Positions 10,501-20,045 are shown, numbered from the stretch's first letter. The stretch: DNA of 64,000 bases from Ruminococcus sp. CAG:254 (GCA_000433635.1 HF997977.1:129882-193881); one strand, 5' to 3'. Notes: generated from the letters alone by a model not told the origin. A program made the numbers and translations.

Positions 10501-10503
10501 TAA
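7501..10503 (+). CDS. cel48A: cellulosomal GH48 exoglucanase (cellobiohydrolase) with Big_2 Ig-like domain, Thr-rich linker and C-terminal type-I dockerin
   Basis: Signal peptide MQFKKNKTVLAAILAAAMACSA. GH48 motif PDYGHETTSEALSYLVWTAAM. Big_2-like segment VKVGETKDLTV...TITVTNKDGKSTTVTV. Linker TTTEATTTSEATTTTGAKTTTTAGETTT. Dockerin GDVNLDGVVDIADAVTLNKYLAG and DNIGDKDTTALVRFVL. The ORF-track start at 6934 is an upstream over-extension. Confidence 0.9.
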   Translation: MQFKKNKTVLAAILAAAMACSAIVPTAASAAGTRTKAEAYGDKTYAARFMSLYDDVITNGVQNGYMSSTSTVSGGLGVPYHSVETLCIEAPDYGHETTSEALSYLVWTAAMRDNIVNKANKGEITVKGEKDAASETVGDTAKAWKTMEATLIPDTQAGIMQKQQLSATYSDEWEQIELYPTDMLNGNNAVNPIHQYFTSAYGSDKGLYLMHWLADVDDWYGFGAGTSSQYKQQNVSGSFTMINTFQRGEQESCWETIPHACVEELKFGIQNGQEGSTRIGGMKGFFNTEQKVAQQYSYTNAPDAEDRAIQAVYAANRWGVADQSVDSKWGGSQKLDVLAAKMGDETRNNMFDKYYKTIGTTNKWDTSNSNGQYYLMNWYTSWGGALDGSWAWQIGCSHAHEFYQNPLAAYALAYDTNLSSNMKAQGAVEDFKKSFQTQMEYYLWLLSNDGVIAGGSTNSVNGRYEEHSKNVSGTSEFNKMVYVEHPVYADPGSNHWIGNQVWAVQRLAELYYVVKTQGDASGISVGGMDLTTALETILDKWTGWFLDNSILGKASGTITFEDYYEKYHATDGTGKTKFEIPDLSTVTDDGTSFSIPSSLIWSGEPNSWTGTYQENTNLKATIVGYGDGDLGCVSSLANTLIYYAAGRGVSASDLATGEASYKSSRGTKSTDMKDRAAQSLYLAKELLDREWNKYRDDIGLGVSDHNTNLTRLWETKLVLPNGQRTNGQGKTLAKGDYTGKMPNGDLIQDGVAFVDIRSNYKSDPMYLEAEKYYQQDGNTDNYYFTLHRFWHAGDIMMALGTMSEVYPDLTPDPTEDPDAPVVTPSEVTVKVGETKDLTVDQTGCDFKSDDDSIASVSKDGTITGVKEGKTTITVTNKDGKSTTVTVTVTAATTTEATTTSEATTTTGAKTTTTAGETTTVDPNADNIGDVNLDGVVDIADAVTLNKYLAGVVQLSDQALRNANCDQSPSDIDNIGDKDTTALVRFVLNVEGYQDLPFMGE

Positions 10504-10577
10504 GATATACGTTTGTATTTAATAAATTGCATATTCCAATATTGATGTAACGATCGCAATTTTAGTTGCGTTAAAAG

Positions 10578-10617
10578 AGAACCGTATGGCGAAAGCTGTA
10601 CGGTTCTTTTATTTTTT
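10578..10617 (+). terminator. rho-independent terminator of the GH48 gene
   Basis: agaaccgta...tacggttct followed by ttttatttttt. Confidence 0.7.
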
Positions 10618-10657
10618 GAGGATTTTAGAAAAAACAGCAAATCTATCTAAAAATTGC

Positions 10658-10686
10658 TTGACAACGGACGAGAGAAGTTGTATAAT
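10658..10686 (+). promoter_or_regulatory. perfect consensus sigma-A promoter TTGACA-17-TATAAT
   Basis: TTGACA 10658-10663 and TATAAT 10681-10686. Confidence 0.65.
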
Positions 10687-10750
10687 TGATATATACTTTA
10701 TGAGCGTTTCATAGTTGGAACATCATGAAATTTACGAAAGACAGGGGTCG

Positions 10751-11116
10751 ATGGCAATGGCAAATATTTTTGAACAAATGAGCCGCAGCGTTTCTGGAAT
10801 GTCGAAGAACGCTTCTGAAGCCAGCAATCTGCGGAAAAAGATTGCATACGAACGGGAACGGATTCAGGAAGTGATGCAGGAAATTGGCGAACTCTATTAT
10901 GAGAGCCAGGAAAAGGAACTTGCAAAACTGAAGGAACTCTGTGCGGATATTGATGACAGAAAGCGGAGAATCCAGAGCATGCGTTTGGAATTGCAGCAGA
11001 TGAAGGGCAAGCGGGTTTGCCCAGGCTGTGGCATGCAGTTCGATGAAAAGTATCAGTTTGCATTCTGCGGAAAATGCGGTGCAAAGCTGGACGATCCGAT
11101 TACAGACGAAGACTAA
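10751..11116 (+). CDS. small coiled-coil protein with C-terminal zinc ribbon (hypothetical)
   Basis: Product starts MAMANIFEQ; the start could be ATG 10751 or 10757. Charged helical region followed by CPGCG...CGKCG. Has its own promoter and terminator. Confidence 0.5.
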   Translation: MAMANIFEQMSRSVSGMSKNASEASNLRKKIAYERERIQEVMQEIGELYYESQEKELAKLKELCADIDDRKRRIQSMRLELQQMKGKRVCPGCGMQFDEKYQFAFCGKCGAKLDDPITDED

Positions 11117-11127
11117 AAAGCAAAAAA

Positions 11128-11170
11128 GAAGGACTGCTGCAACCATCTCGCAGCAGTCCTTTTTCCTTTT
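11128..11170. terminator. bidirectional terminator between the small zinc-ribbon gene and the MATE gene
   Basis: aggactgctgc...gcagcagtcct flanked by an A-run on the 5' side and a T-run on the 3' side. Confidence 0.65.
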
Positions 11171-11184
11171 TAAGGGGATAATCA

Positions 11185-12579
11185 TCAAAGTTTTGCAATT
11201 TTTGTTTTCTGAATCCGGTGCAAGCATCCAAATCCAATTCCCATTGAAACCAGTTCTGCAATCGGAAAGGTCAACCAAATCAACCAGCTTTGGTTGAAAT
11301 TCGCCTTTGCTGTTAGTGAAAACAACCAAGCAACTGGCAAAACAAAAAGAATTTGGCGACATACAGAAATGATGAGGGATTCCAGCCCACTATCTAACGC
11401 TTGAAAAATACCTTGTAAGGCAATATTTGTTCCAGCAAACAGAAAACTAATAGAAATGATTCGCATGGCTTCTATGCAAAGCTGTTCTGTTTCTCCGGAC
11501 AACCCGAATAATTTGGCAAATGGAATGGCAAGGACTTCTATCAGCAGTGTGCCTGCAAGCATAATGATCCAAGTATACAGCATCCCGTAACGAATCCCAT
11601 AGCGGATTCTGGCACGGCTTCGCATACCATGATAAAAGGACAAAACCGGCGTAATGGCATCTCGCAGCCCAAAAGCTGCAAATAAAATAAACTGCTGAAT
11701 TTTATAGTATAATCCGTACGCTGTCACCAAAGCGGTATTCACAGAACCTAGAATTAAATTCATGCCATAAGTCATAACCGACATCAATGCCTGTGCCAGA
11801 ATTGCTGGCAATCCGATTGCATAGATTTCCCGAATGATGGTGCTGTTTGGTTTCCAGTATTGCAGCTTGTTGGAAATTTGTTTGTCCACTTTGCAATGAA
11901 AAATCCATGCCAGCAAGAACGACAGAATTTGACCAAGAACAGTTGCATAAGCAGCCCCTCGCACGCCCAATTCCGGCAACCCACACCACCCATAAATCAA
12001 AATAGGGTCTAATAGGATATTGCAGACCGCTCCGGAAATTTGTGCAATGGTAGAAAAAATCGGATTTCCAGAGGCTTGCAGCAGTTTTTCATAGATGGAA
12101 AAGAAAATGATTCCCACCGAGAGGATACAGCAGATTCGCAAGTAAGAAATCCCCATATCTGCAATGAGAAAATCTTTTGTTTGCAGGTGGATATAAGGTG
12201 CAACGCCAAAAATACCGAAGAACACGCAGAGAAGAAAAATCAAAACGGCAAGAAATCCGCCATTTCCAGCAGTTCGACTGGCTTTTTCTGTATCTCCCTG
12301 TCCAAGGCTTTTGGATACCAGTGCATTGACACCAACTCCCGTGCCAATGCTAACCGCAATCATCAACATTTGCATAGGAAATGCCAGCGTCAGAGCATTC
12401 AGGGCAGCTTCTCCATTTTCTGGCATGTTAGAAACAAAGGCACTGTCTACGATATTGTACATGGCTTGCAATACCATCGAACAGATCATTGGAATGCCCA
12501 TTTTCAAGAGGAGTTGATGCGGTGGTGTTGACCGCATTTTGTCCGCTTTTCGTGGTTTGGCTTTTGTGTTTGTTGTCAT
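11185..12579 (-). CDS. MATE family multidrug/oligosaccharidyl-lipid efflux transporter
   Basis: 12 predicted TM helices and a typical MATE N-terminus after the MTTNTKAKP start. The ORF-track start at 12699 reads through the leader. The in-frame ATG at 12579 has a GGAAG RBS. Confidence 0.8.
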   Translation of the reverse strand: MTTNTKAKPRKADKMRSTPPHQLLLKMGIPMICSMVLQAMYNIVDSAFVSNMPENGEAALNALTLAFPMQMLMIAVSIGTGVGVNALVSKSLGQGDTEKASRTAGNGGFLAVLIFLLCVFFGIFGVAPYIHLQTKDFLIADMGISYLRICCILSVGIIFFSIYEKLLQASGNPIFSTIAQISGAVCNILLDPILIYGWCGLPELGVRGAAYATVLGQILSFLLAWIFHCKVDKQISNKLQYWKPNSTIIREIYAIGLPAILAQALMSVMTYGMNLILGSVNTALVTAYGLYYKIQQFILFAAFGLRDAITPVLSFYHGMRSRARIRYGIRYGMLYTWIIMLAGTLLIEVLAIPFAKLFGLSGETEQLCIEAMRIISISFLFAGTNIALQGIFQALDSGLESLIISVCRQILFVLPVAWLFSLTAKANFNQSWLIWLTFPIAELVSMGIGFGCLHRIQKTKIAKL

Positions 12580-12639
12580 AAAAAATACCGCTTCCTTTCT
12601 GGTAAAAAACGTGCCGGATAGACACATTTCTCTATAAAA

Positions 12640-12727
12640 AAAGATGTGCAGCACCCCTGGATTGGACTTACGCAGGGTTGCTACACATCTATTTTTCATT
12701 TTATCATATTTTCAAGCCACTGTCAAA
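12640..12727 (-). promoter_or_regulatory. MATE promoter (TTGACA-17-TAAAAT) followed immediately by a leader hairpin and U7 tract
   Basis: Minus strand: TTGACA at 12726..12721 and TAAAAT at 12703..12698. Imperfect 14-bp hairpin spans 12690..12642 followed by TTTTTTT (12648..12642). ATG at 12579. Confidence 0.35.
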
Positions 12728-12805
12728 GGCAATTTTGCACAAAAAACAAGCGAAGAAAACCGGTTTTTTGATGGCAAAATGGTCACTAGAAATCAGAAAA
12801 CAGCG

Positions 12806-12834
12806 TTGACAAAAACAAATTTTACTTGTATAAT
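12806..12834 (+). promoter_or_regulatory. perfect consensus sigma-A promoter (TTGACA-17-TGTATAAT) for pncA-pncB
   Basis: TTGACA 12806-12811, TATAAT 12829-12834, with TG at the -15/-14 position. Confidence 0.65.
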
Positions 12835-12879
12835 AAAAACAACACCCATATGGGATACTGGAAAAAGGAGCGTGCATCC

Positions 12880-13419
12880 ATGAAACGTGTATTGATTGTG
12901 GTGGATTATCAACGGGATTTTGTAACAGGTTCGTTGGGCTTTCCGGGTGCAGTGGCACTGGCGGAGCGAATTGCAAAGAAAATTGCTGCTTATCACAAGA
13001 GTGGCGATGTGGTGCTGTTTACAATGGATACTCATACGGATGATTACCGGAACACACAGGAGGGAAAGCATTTGCCCGTTCCGCATTGCATCAAGGGAAC
13101 GGCTGGGCATACATTAGTTCCAGAAGTGGCAGAGCAAGTAGAGCCGCAGGATTTGTTCTTTGAAAAGGATACATTCGGGTCAACCGATTTATTTGTATAT
13201 TTGCGAACGCAGCAATATGCAAGCATTGAATTGGTGGGCGTGGTTTCCAGTATTTGTGTGCTTTCCAATGCAGTGCTTTGTAAGACCGCATTGCCAGAAG
13301 TTCCAATTTTAGTGGATTCGAGCTGTATTGCTGCACCAGACCCTACATTACAGGAAGCAGCGATTTTGATGATGAAAAATCTGCAAATGCAAATTTTGCC
13401 GGAGGAGGAAACACCATGA
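12880..13419 (+). CDS. pncA: nicotinamidase / isochorismatase-family hydrolase
   Basis: MKRVLIVVDYQRDFVTGSLGF isochorismatase-fold motif. RBS AAAGGAG. ATGA overlap with the downstream pncB. Confidence 0.75.
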   Translation: MKRVLIVVDYQRDFVTGSLGFPGAVALAERIAKKIAAYHKSGDVVLFTMDTHTDDYRNTQEGKHLPVPHCIKGTAGHTLVPEVAEQVEPQDLFFEKDTFGSTDLFVYLRTQQYASIELVGVVSSICVLSNAVLCKTALPEVPILVDSSCIAAPDPTLQEAAILMMKNLQMQILPEEETP

Positions 13420-14855
13420 AACAAGAAAATTATGCCATGCTCTGTGATTTCTACGAGTTTACGATGAGCAACGGATACTTCCGCAATGGCTTTTATCAGA
13501 AAACCGTTTATTTTGATGTCTTTTTCCGAGATATTCCGGATGGCGGTGGTTTTGCGATTGCTGCCGGATTGGAACAGGTTATTGATTACGTGAAAGAATT
13601 GCATTTCACGGAAGAAGATGTTGCCTTTTTGAGAAGCAAACAGTGTTTTGATGAAGGCTTTCTGACTTACTTGAAAGAATTCCATTTCAGCGGTGACATC
13701 TGGGCAGTTCCAGAGGGAACACCAGTGTTCCCGAATGAACCGATTATGACCATTCGAGCACCTGCTATTGAAGCACAATTGCTGGAAACGTTTATCTTGC
13801 TCTCACTGAATCACCAGTCTTTGATTGCAACGAAAGCCAACCGCATTGTACGGGCAGCAGACGGCAGAACCGTTCTGGAGTTTGGTTCTCGCCGAGCACA
13901 GGGGGCATCTGGTGCAATTTTAGGGGCAAGAGCTGCCTATATTGGCGGCTGTGCCGGAACAGCATGCACCTTAACAGATGAACTATATGGCGTTCCGGCA
14001 GGTGGAACGATGGCACATTCCTGGGTGCAGATGTTTGATACAGAATATGAAGCATTTAAAGCCTATTGTGAAAATTATCCGCATCAGGCAACCTTGCTGG
14101 TAGACACCTATAACACGCTAAAAAGTGGTATCCCGAATGCGATTCGAGCATTTAAAGAGATTCTGTTGCCGCAGGGCATCACAGACTTTGGAATCCGCTT
14201 GGATTCCGGCGATATTGCGTATCTGACGAAAAAGGCAAGAAAAATGCTGGATGCTGCTGGCTTGCAGAGCTGTAAAATTGTTGTTTCCAACTCTTTGGAT
14301 GAATACTTGATTCAAGACTTAATGGCACAGCACGCACAAATTGATGTGTTCGGGGTTGGAGAACGAATGATTACCGCTAAAAGTACACCTGTATTTGGCG
14401 GGGTTTATAAGCTGGTTGCGATTGAACAGCCAGATGGTACGATTGTACCGAAGATTAAAATTAGCGAAAACATCACGAAAATCACCAATCCGCATTTCAA
14501 GAAAGTCTATCGGTTCTACGACAAGGAAACAGGTAAGGCGATTGCCGATGAACTTTGTCTGCACAATGAAACGATTGATGCCAGTCAGCCGCATACCATT
14601 TTCGACCCAATTGCGACTTGGAAAACCAAAGAAATTACAAATTACACGGTACGGGAATTGTTAGTGCCGATTTTCAAAAATGGTGAATGTGTCTATGACC
14701 AGCCCTCTTTGTCGGAGATTTGCCAGTACTGCAAAGAACAGATTGCATTGCTTTGGGATGAAGTCAAACGGTTTGAGAATCCGCATAATTACTATGTCGA
14801 TTTGTCCCATGCACTCTGGGAAGTGAAACAGGATTTGTTAAAGAAGAATCGGTAA
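13416..14855 (+). CDS. pncB: nicotinate phosphoribosyltransferase
   Basis: N-terminus MLCDFYEFTMSNGYF and 479-aa length typical of NAPRTase. Translationally coupled to pncA. Confidence 0.9.
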   Translation: MKQENYAMLCDFYEFTMSNGYFRNGFYQKTVYFDVFFRDIPDGGGFAIAAGLEQVIDYVKELHFTEEDVAFLRSKQCFDEGFLTYLKEFHFSGDIWAVPEGTPVFPNEPIMTIRAPAIEAQLLETFILLSLNHQSLIATKANRIVRAADGRTVLEFGSRRAQGASGAILGARAAYIGGCAGTACTLTDELYGVPAGGTMAHSWVQMFDTEYEAFKAYCENYPHQATLLVDTYNTLKSGIPNAIRAFKEILLPQGITDFGIRLDSGDIAYLTKKARKMLDAAGLQSCKIVVSNSLDEYLIQDLMAQHAQIDVFGVGERMITAKSTPVFGGVYKLVAIEQPDGTIVPKIKISENITKITNPHFKKVYRFYDKETGKAIADELCLHNETIDASQPHTIFDPIATWKTKEITNYTVRELLVPIFKNGECVYDQPSLSEICQYCKEQIALLWDEVKRFENPHNYYVDLSHALWEVKQDLLKKNR

Positions 14856-14899
14856 GCGGTTCTGAATAGAAAATTATTGAAAAAGAAAGAAGAATCATT

Positions 14900-15961
14900 A
14901 TGTCAGCTGCTTTTATGAACTACGTCCGCAAGGTAGACCCTTATGTTCCAGGCGACCAGCCAAATTTTCCGGACATGGTAAAACTGAACACCAATGAAAA
15001 TCCGTATCCGCCTGCTCCAGCAGTAGAAGCTGCCCTGCATGATTTATCTGTCGATTCGCTGCGGCTCTATCCAGACCCAGTTGTTTCCAAGTTAAATACC
15101 GCCATTGCAGACTTTTACGGCGTGAAACCGGAGCAGGTTTTCAGTGGCGTTGGGTCAGATGATGTGCTTGCGATGTGCTTTTTGACGTTTTTCAACTCGA
15201 AAAAGCCGATTTTCTTTCCGGATGTCACATATGGATTCTATCCGGTATGGTCGGAACTGTTCCAGATTCCGTATGAAAAAAAGCCGCTGAATGACCGCTT
15301 TGAATTGGTGAAAGAAGATTATTATGCAGAAAATGGCGGCATTGTATTCCCGAATCCGAATGCACCAACGGGCATTGCTCTGTCTGTTGCAGATATTGAG
15401 GACATCATTCAGCACAATCCGGATAGCATTGTGATTGTTGATGAAGCCTATATTGACTTTGGCGGAACATCGGTATTGCCGTTGATTGATAAATACGATA
15501 ATTTGATTGTGGTACAGACTTTCTCGAAGTCTCGTTCGATGGCAGGAATGCGGATTGGATTTGCCGTTTCCAACCCGACTTTGATTCGGGTACTGAATGA
15601 CTGCAAATTCTCCTTTAATTCTTATACCATGAATCAAACCACGATTGCAGCTGGTGTTGCTGCGGTTTCTGACCGTGCTTATTTGGAAGAAACGCTTGCA
15701 AAGATTGTTGCAACCAGAGAACACGCAAAGAAAGTTCTGGCAGAAATGGGCTTCCAGTTCCCAGATTCTCAGAGCAATTTCCTGTTTGTGACCCATCCGG
15801 ATTATTCTGCAAAGGAATTATACGAGATGCTGAAAGAACAGCATATTTTTGTTCGTTATTTTGGAACAGGCAGAACGAAAGACTATCTGCGGATTACGAT
15901 TGGAACAGAGGAGCAGATGGAAACACTGTATGCAGCCCTGCGGGCATATTTCCAGCGGTAA
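14900..15961 (+). CDS. hisC: histidinol-phosphate aminotransferase
   Basis: KLNTNENPYPP motif and class-II aminotransferase architecture over 353 aa. Confidence 0.85.
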   Translation: MSAAFMNYVRKVDPYVPGDQPNFPDMVKLNTNENPYPPAPAVEAALHDLSVDSLRLYPDPVVSKLNTAIADFYGVKPEQVFSGVGSDDVLAMCFLTFFNSKKPIFFPDVTYGFYPVWSELFQIPYEKKPLNDRFELVKEDYYAENGGIVFPNPNAPTGIALSVADIEDIIQHNPDSIVIVDEAYIDFGGTSVLPLIDKYDNLIVVQTFSKSRSMAGMRIGFAVSNPTLIRVLNDCKFSFNSYTMNQTTIAAGVAAVSDRAYLEETLAKIVATREHAKKVLAEMGFQFPDSQSNFLFVTHPDYSAKELYEMLKEQHIFVRYFGTGRTKDYLRITIGTEEQMETLYAALRAYFQR

Positions 15962-15989
15962 GACTTGCTTTTTTCAGGAAAAATGCCCC

Positions 15990-16016
15990 CTTGCTACATC
16001 TGCAAGGGGGCAAATT
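15990..16016. terminator. bidirectional terminator between hisC and the GH1 gene
   Basis: Inverted repeat gcccccttgc...gcaagggggc. Confidence 0.6.
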
Positions 16017-16044
16017 GATAAAATAGAGATTTGATGTTTTAGAA

Positions 16045-17394
16045 TTAGAAAATGGTTTCTCCGTTTGTTTCAATCACAGTCTGATAGAAATAACCGGAAT
16101 CCTTAATGGTGCGTTCCTGCGTCCGATAGTCCACATAGACCAGACCAAACCGCTTGTCGTAGCCGTCTGCCCATTCAAAGTTGTCCATAATTGACCAGTA
16201 CATATAACCCATGACTTCTGTTCCGTCCTGCATTGCACGGTGCAGTTCTCGCAGATACCGCTTCATATAGTCAATTCTGCCCGGGTCGTGAACCTTTCCG
16301 TCCAGCTGTACCCAGTCATGGCTTGCCATACCGTTTTCGCTGATGAGAATCGGCTTGCCGTAGCGTTCAAACAGGAACTTTGGCCCCCAGTATAATGCTT
16401 CCGGTGTAACCGGCCAGCCCATCTGGGTTCTCGGACAACCCATATAATCATTTTCTACATAGGCATTTGGATTTTCTTCTGCCTGACTGTAATAGATGTT
16501 GACACCGTAGAAGTCAACAGGCTGAGAAATCAATTCCATATCGCCTTCTTTGATGTTTGGCATATCAGACTTTAAAATGCTGTAAGCATCCTGCGGATAA
16601 TCGCCCAGGAAAATCGGGTCTGCCCACCAAGCTGTTTCAAATGTAAACCGTTCCCGTGTAAAGGCAAAACTTTTCTGCCGTGCGATTTCAATGGCAAGCG
16701 GAGAGTTGTCCGTTGGTGTGGTGCAAGGAGTCGAGAATGCAAAACCAATCTTCGGAGTTTTCTTTGCACATTCCCGAATCATCTTTACGGTCTTGCCGTG
16801 TGCCAGCAGAACATTGTGGGACATCTGAGCCAAATCTCTTGCTGGAAGCTTCTGGAACGGAGCAAATTTGCCGATTGCATAGCCGCAGCCGATGAATACT
16901 TGCGGTTCATTGATGGTCATCCAGTAGGTAACCCGATCAGACAGTGCATCCACTACAACTTTTGCGTAGTCAACGAACCAATCAGAAGAATCCGGATTCA
17001 GCCAGCCACCTTTCTGGTGCAGGGCATACGGATAATCCCAGTGGAACAGGGTAACCATTGGAGTAATACCAGCTTCCAGCAGAGCATCGACCAAATCCGA
17101 ATAGAACTGAATGCCCTTCTGGTTGACAGCACCCGTCCCATCCGGCAGAATACGAGTCCAGCTGATGGAGAACCGATAGTTTTTGATGCCCATTTTTTGC
17201 ATCATCTTGACATCTTCTCGGAACAAGTGGTAGTGGTCGCAGGCAACATTTCCGTTTTCACCATGTGCAACGTGACCGCTTTCCTGACAATAAGCGTCCC
17301 AGATGTTTTCGCCCTTTCCGTCTTCGAGATAAGCTCCCTCTATTTGATAGGATGCAGACGCTGCACCCCACAGAAAATCGTTTGAAAATTGCAT
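16045..17394 (-). CDS. bglA: GH1 beta-glucosidase / 6-phospho-beta-glucosidase
   Basis: FLWGAASASYQIEGA, TINEP (acid/base) and ISENG (nucleophile). Start MQFSNDF at 17394 with a GGAGGG RBS. Confidence 0.9.
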   Translation of the reverse strand: MQFSNDFLWGAASASYQIEGAYLEDGKGENIWDAYCQESGHVAHGENGNVACDHYHLFREDVKMMQKMGIKNYRFSISWTRILPDGTGAVNQKGIQFYSDLVDALLEAGITPMVTLFHWDYPYALHQKGGWLNPDSSDWFVDYAKVVVDALSDRVTYWMTINEPQVFIGCGYAIGKFAPFQKLPARDLAQMSHNVLLAHGKTVKMIRECAKKTPKIGFAFSTPCTTPTDNSPLAIEIARQKSFAFTRERFTFETAWWADPIFLGDYPQDAYSILKSDMPNIKEGDMELISQPVDFYGVNIYYSQAEENPNAYVENDYMGCPRTQMGWPVTPEALYWGPKFLFERYGKPILISENGMASHDWVQLDGKVHDPGRIDYMKRYLRELHRAMQDGTEVMGYMYWSIMDNFEWADGYDKRFGLVYVDYRTQERTIKDSGYFYQTVIETNGETIF

Positions 17395-17510
17395 TTGCAA
17401 TCCCTCCTGTCTTGATGTTATCTTTATTATATCGTTAAAACACAACAAAATCTCACACGTTATCCGCAAAAAATTGCACTTTTTCTACTTCTTTTTTCGA
17501 GGTGTTTTTC

Positions 17511-18404
17511 ATGAAAAAACAACAGCTTTTAGAAAATAAACAGCATGGAACACCAGCGTTTCCGTTTGAATGTTTCCGCACACAGACAGATACAACCGAC
17601 TTTTTTATTCCATTGCATTGGCATAAAAAAACGGAGTTGATGCATGTCCATCATGGCACTTGTTTGTTGACCATTGGAAATGAAACCTATCCGGCAAAAG
17701 GCGGCGATTTATTTTGTATCAATGCGGAAGAACTGCACCGGATTACTTCGGAAGATGCAACATTAGAATATAGTACCTTTATTTTTCAGCCGGATTTATT
17801 TTCCTTTGCAATTTCCGACCAAGCACAATTGCTATTGCAGCCGCTCATAGATGGACGTATGCAGTTTCCAACTTGTATCACGGATGCAGCGGTAAAGGCG
17901 ACCTTACAACCCTTGTTGCACCGGATTTTACAGGCAGCCGAGGAAAAAGCAGTGGGATATGAATTACTGGTCAAAGCAGGGCTGCTGCAATTGACCGCAG
18001 AACTGCTCTATCAAGGGTTGCTGTTGCCCACAGACCCCATTACGCTAGAGGCGAGCCGTAACCAACGGGAACGGATGAAAAAAATTCTGACGTATCTCAA
18101 ACAGCACATGACAGAGCCGCTGACGCTTTCCAGCTTGGCAGATACGTTTCATATGTCAGAAAAATATTTTTCCCGTTACTTTCGGAATGCAACGGGGCAG
18201 ACATTTACCGCTTATCTGAATACGATTCGGATGAATCATGCTTGTCAACTGTTGTTGGAAACGGATGATACCGTGTTGGAAATTGCATTGGAATGCGGCT
18301 ATGAAAACGTCAGCTATTTTATTCGTCTATTCGGGAATTTAATGCATTGTACGCCGTTGCAGTATCGGCTTTCCAAACAGCACCGATTGAAGCAGCAATT
18401 TTAA
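17511..18404 (+). CDS. AraC-family transcriptional regulator (cupin sensor plus HTH), divergent from bglA
   Basis: C-terminal AraC HTH region (YLNTIRMNHACQLL, IALECGYENVSYFIRLF) and an N-terminal cupin-like region. Confidence 0.8.
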   Translation: MKKQQLLENKQHGTPAFPFECFRTQTDTTDFFIPLHWHKKTELMHVHHGTCLLTIGNETYPAKGGDLFCINAEELHRITSEDATLEYSTFIFQPDLFSFAISDQAQLLLQPLIDGRMQFPTCITDAAVKATLQPLLHRILQAAEEKAVGYELLVKAGLLQLTAELLYQGLLLPTDPITLEASRNQRERMKKILTYLKQHMTEPLTLSSLADTFHMSEKYFSRYFRNATGQTFTAYLNTIRMNHACQLLLETDDTVLEIALECGYENVSYFIRLFGNLMHCTPLQYRLSKQHRLKQQF

Positions 18405-18682
18405 AGTTCAGCGGATATTTTTTGAAAAAGCGGATATGATACTACTGTTTTCTACTGTAGGCAACCACTGGCGAACAGCGAACACAGGCAGACAGCGAAT
18501 CGATTCTGCCGAATCATTTTGAATTTGTTTTCCAAGTCGTTTATCTATGGAAGAGCATAGCAGATGTTTATTTCAACATTCACAGACCAAAAATAGAATG
18601 GCGATGATTCCTACAAAAATGAATCGCTGCACGGGAATTTGAATAGAAAAGAAAAAATCTCCGGAAAAGTGGTCTTTTCCTG

Positions 18683-18711
18683 TTGACAAAATCAGAAAAT
18701 TGGTGTATACT
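18683..18711 (+). promoter_or_regulatory. sigma-A promoter TTGACA-17-TGTATACT for metY
   Basis: TTGACA 18683-18688 and TATACT 18706-18711. No S-box or T-box is visible in the leader. Confidence 0.55.
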
Positions 18712-18761
18712 TTTACTAACCTACAAAACAGATAGGAAAAAGGATAAAGGAGCCTTTGCAT

Positions 18762-20045
18762 ATGAAACAGTATCATTTTGAAACCTTACAAGTACATGCT
18801 GGTCAGGAACAACCAGACCCGACCACAGACGCAAGAGCCGTTCCGATTTATGCCACGACATCCTATGTCTTCAAGGATTCCGCACAGGCAGCCGGTCGGT
18901 TTGCCCTGACAGAACCAGGAAACATCTACACCCGTCTGATGAATCCCACCAACTCTGTATTTGAAGAACGGATGGCAAAGCTGGAAGGCGGCGTTGGTGC
19001 GTTGGCAACTGCCAGCGGTTCTGCTGCGATTACCTACGCTGTCCAGAACATTGCAACGGTTGGCGACCATATTGTATCTGCCAGCAACCTCTACGGCGGT
19101 ACACACAACCTGTTTTCCAACACCTTGAAAGAACAGGGTCTGGAAACTACATTTGTAAACTCGAAAGATCCGGCAGATTTTGAAGCAGCTATTCAGGAAA
19201 ATACCAAGCTGATTTATGCAGAAACACTCGGCAACCCGAATTCAGATATCATTGATTTGGAAGCACTGGCTGCGGTTGCTCACAAGCACGGAATTCCACT
19301 GATTGTGGACAGCACTTTTGCAACGCCATATCTGCTGCGTCCGCTGGAACATGGTGCAGACGTTGTTGTACACTCTGCAACAAAGTTCATCGGCGGTCAT
19401 GGTACGGTTATGGGTGGTATCATCATTGACGGCGGAAAGTTCGACTGGACACAGAACGACAAGTTCCCGGGTCTGAGCAAGCCGAATCCGTCTTACCACG
19501 GCGTTGTATTTACAGAAGCATGCGGAAACGCTGCTTATATCATGAAGATTCGTACCACACTGATGCGAGATCAAGGTGCAGTACTTTCTCCGTTTAATTC
19601 CTTCTTGCTGCTGCAAGGTCTGGAAACCCTGTCTTTGCGGGTAGAACGGCACGTAGAAAATGCACTGAAGGTTGTCGACTTCCTGAAGAATCATCCGCAG
19701 GTAGAAAAGGTTTACCATCCGTCCCTGTCTACTGGCAAGGAAAAGGAACTGTATGACAAGTACTTCCCGAACGGTGCAGGTTCGATTTTCACCTTTACGA
19801 TTAAGGGCGATGCAGAAAAGGCAAAGAAGTTCACCGAAAGTCTGGAACTCTTCTCCCTGCTGGCAAATGTTGCTGATGTTAAGAGCTTGGTGATCCATCC
19901 GGCATCCACAACCCATTCTCAGCTGGACGAAGAAGAATTGCTGGCATGCGGCATTCATCCGAACACCATTCGGCTTTCTATCGGTACAGAACACATTGAT
20001 GATATTCTGGCTGACCTGCAGCATGGTTTTGATGCTGTAAAGTAA
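18762..20045 (+). CDS. metY: O-acetylhomoserine sulfhydrylase (PLP-dependent)
   Basis: N-terminus [10 protein letters not shown]...[16 protein letters not shown] and a Cys/Met-metabolism PLP-enzyme fold. Confidence 0.9.
   Translation: MKQYHFETLQVHAGQEQPDPTTDARAVPIYATTSYVFKDSAQAAGRFALTEPGNIYTRLMNPTNSVFEERMAKLEGGVGALATASGSAAITYAVQNIATVGDHIVSASNLYGGTHNLFSNTLKEQGLETTFVNSKDPADFEAAIQENTKLIYAETLGNPNSDIIDLEALAAVAHKHGIPLIVDSTFATPYLLRPLEHGADVVVHSATKFIGGHGTVMGGIIIDGGKFDWTQNDKFPGLSKPNPSYHGVVFTEACGNAAYIMKIRTTLMRDQGAVLSPFNSFLLLQGLETLSLRVERHVENALKVVDFLKNHPQVEKVYHPSLSTGKEKELYDKYFPNGAGSIFTFTIKGDAEKAKKFTESLELFSLLANVADVKSLVIHPASTTHSQLDEEELLACGIHPNTIRLSIGTEHIDDILADLQHGFDAVK

Noticed and set aside
10709-11362. 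217-aa minus-strand ORF spanning the small zinc-ribbon gene and its terminator
   Set aside because: Crosses a strong bidirectional terminator and the promoter of the plus-strand gene. Antisense artefact.
12040-12531. 163-aa plus-strand ORF
   Set aside because: Inside and antisense to the MATE transporter gene.
18405-18755. Possible S-box/T-box riboswitch upstream of metY
   Set aside because: No S-box core or T-box specifier/antiterminator motifs are recognisable. The leader after the mapped promoter is only about 50 nt.
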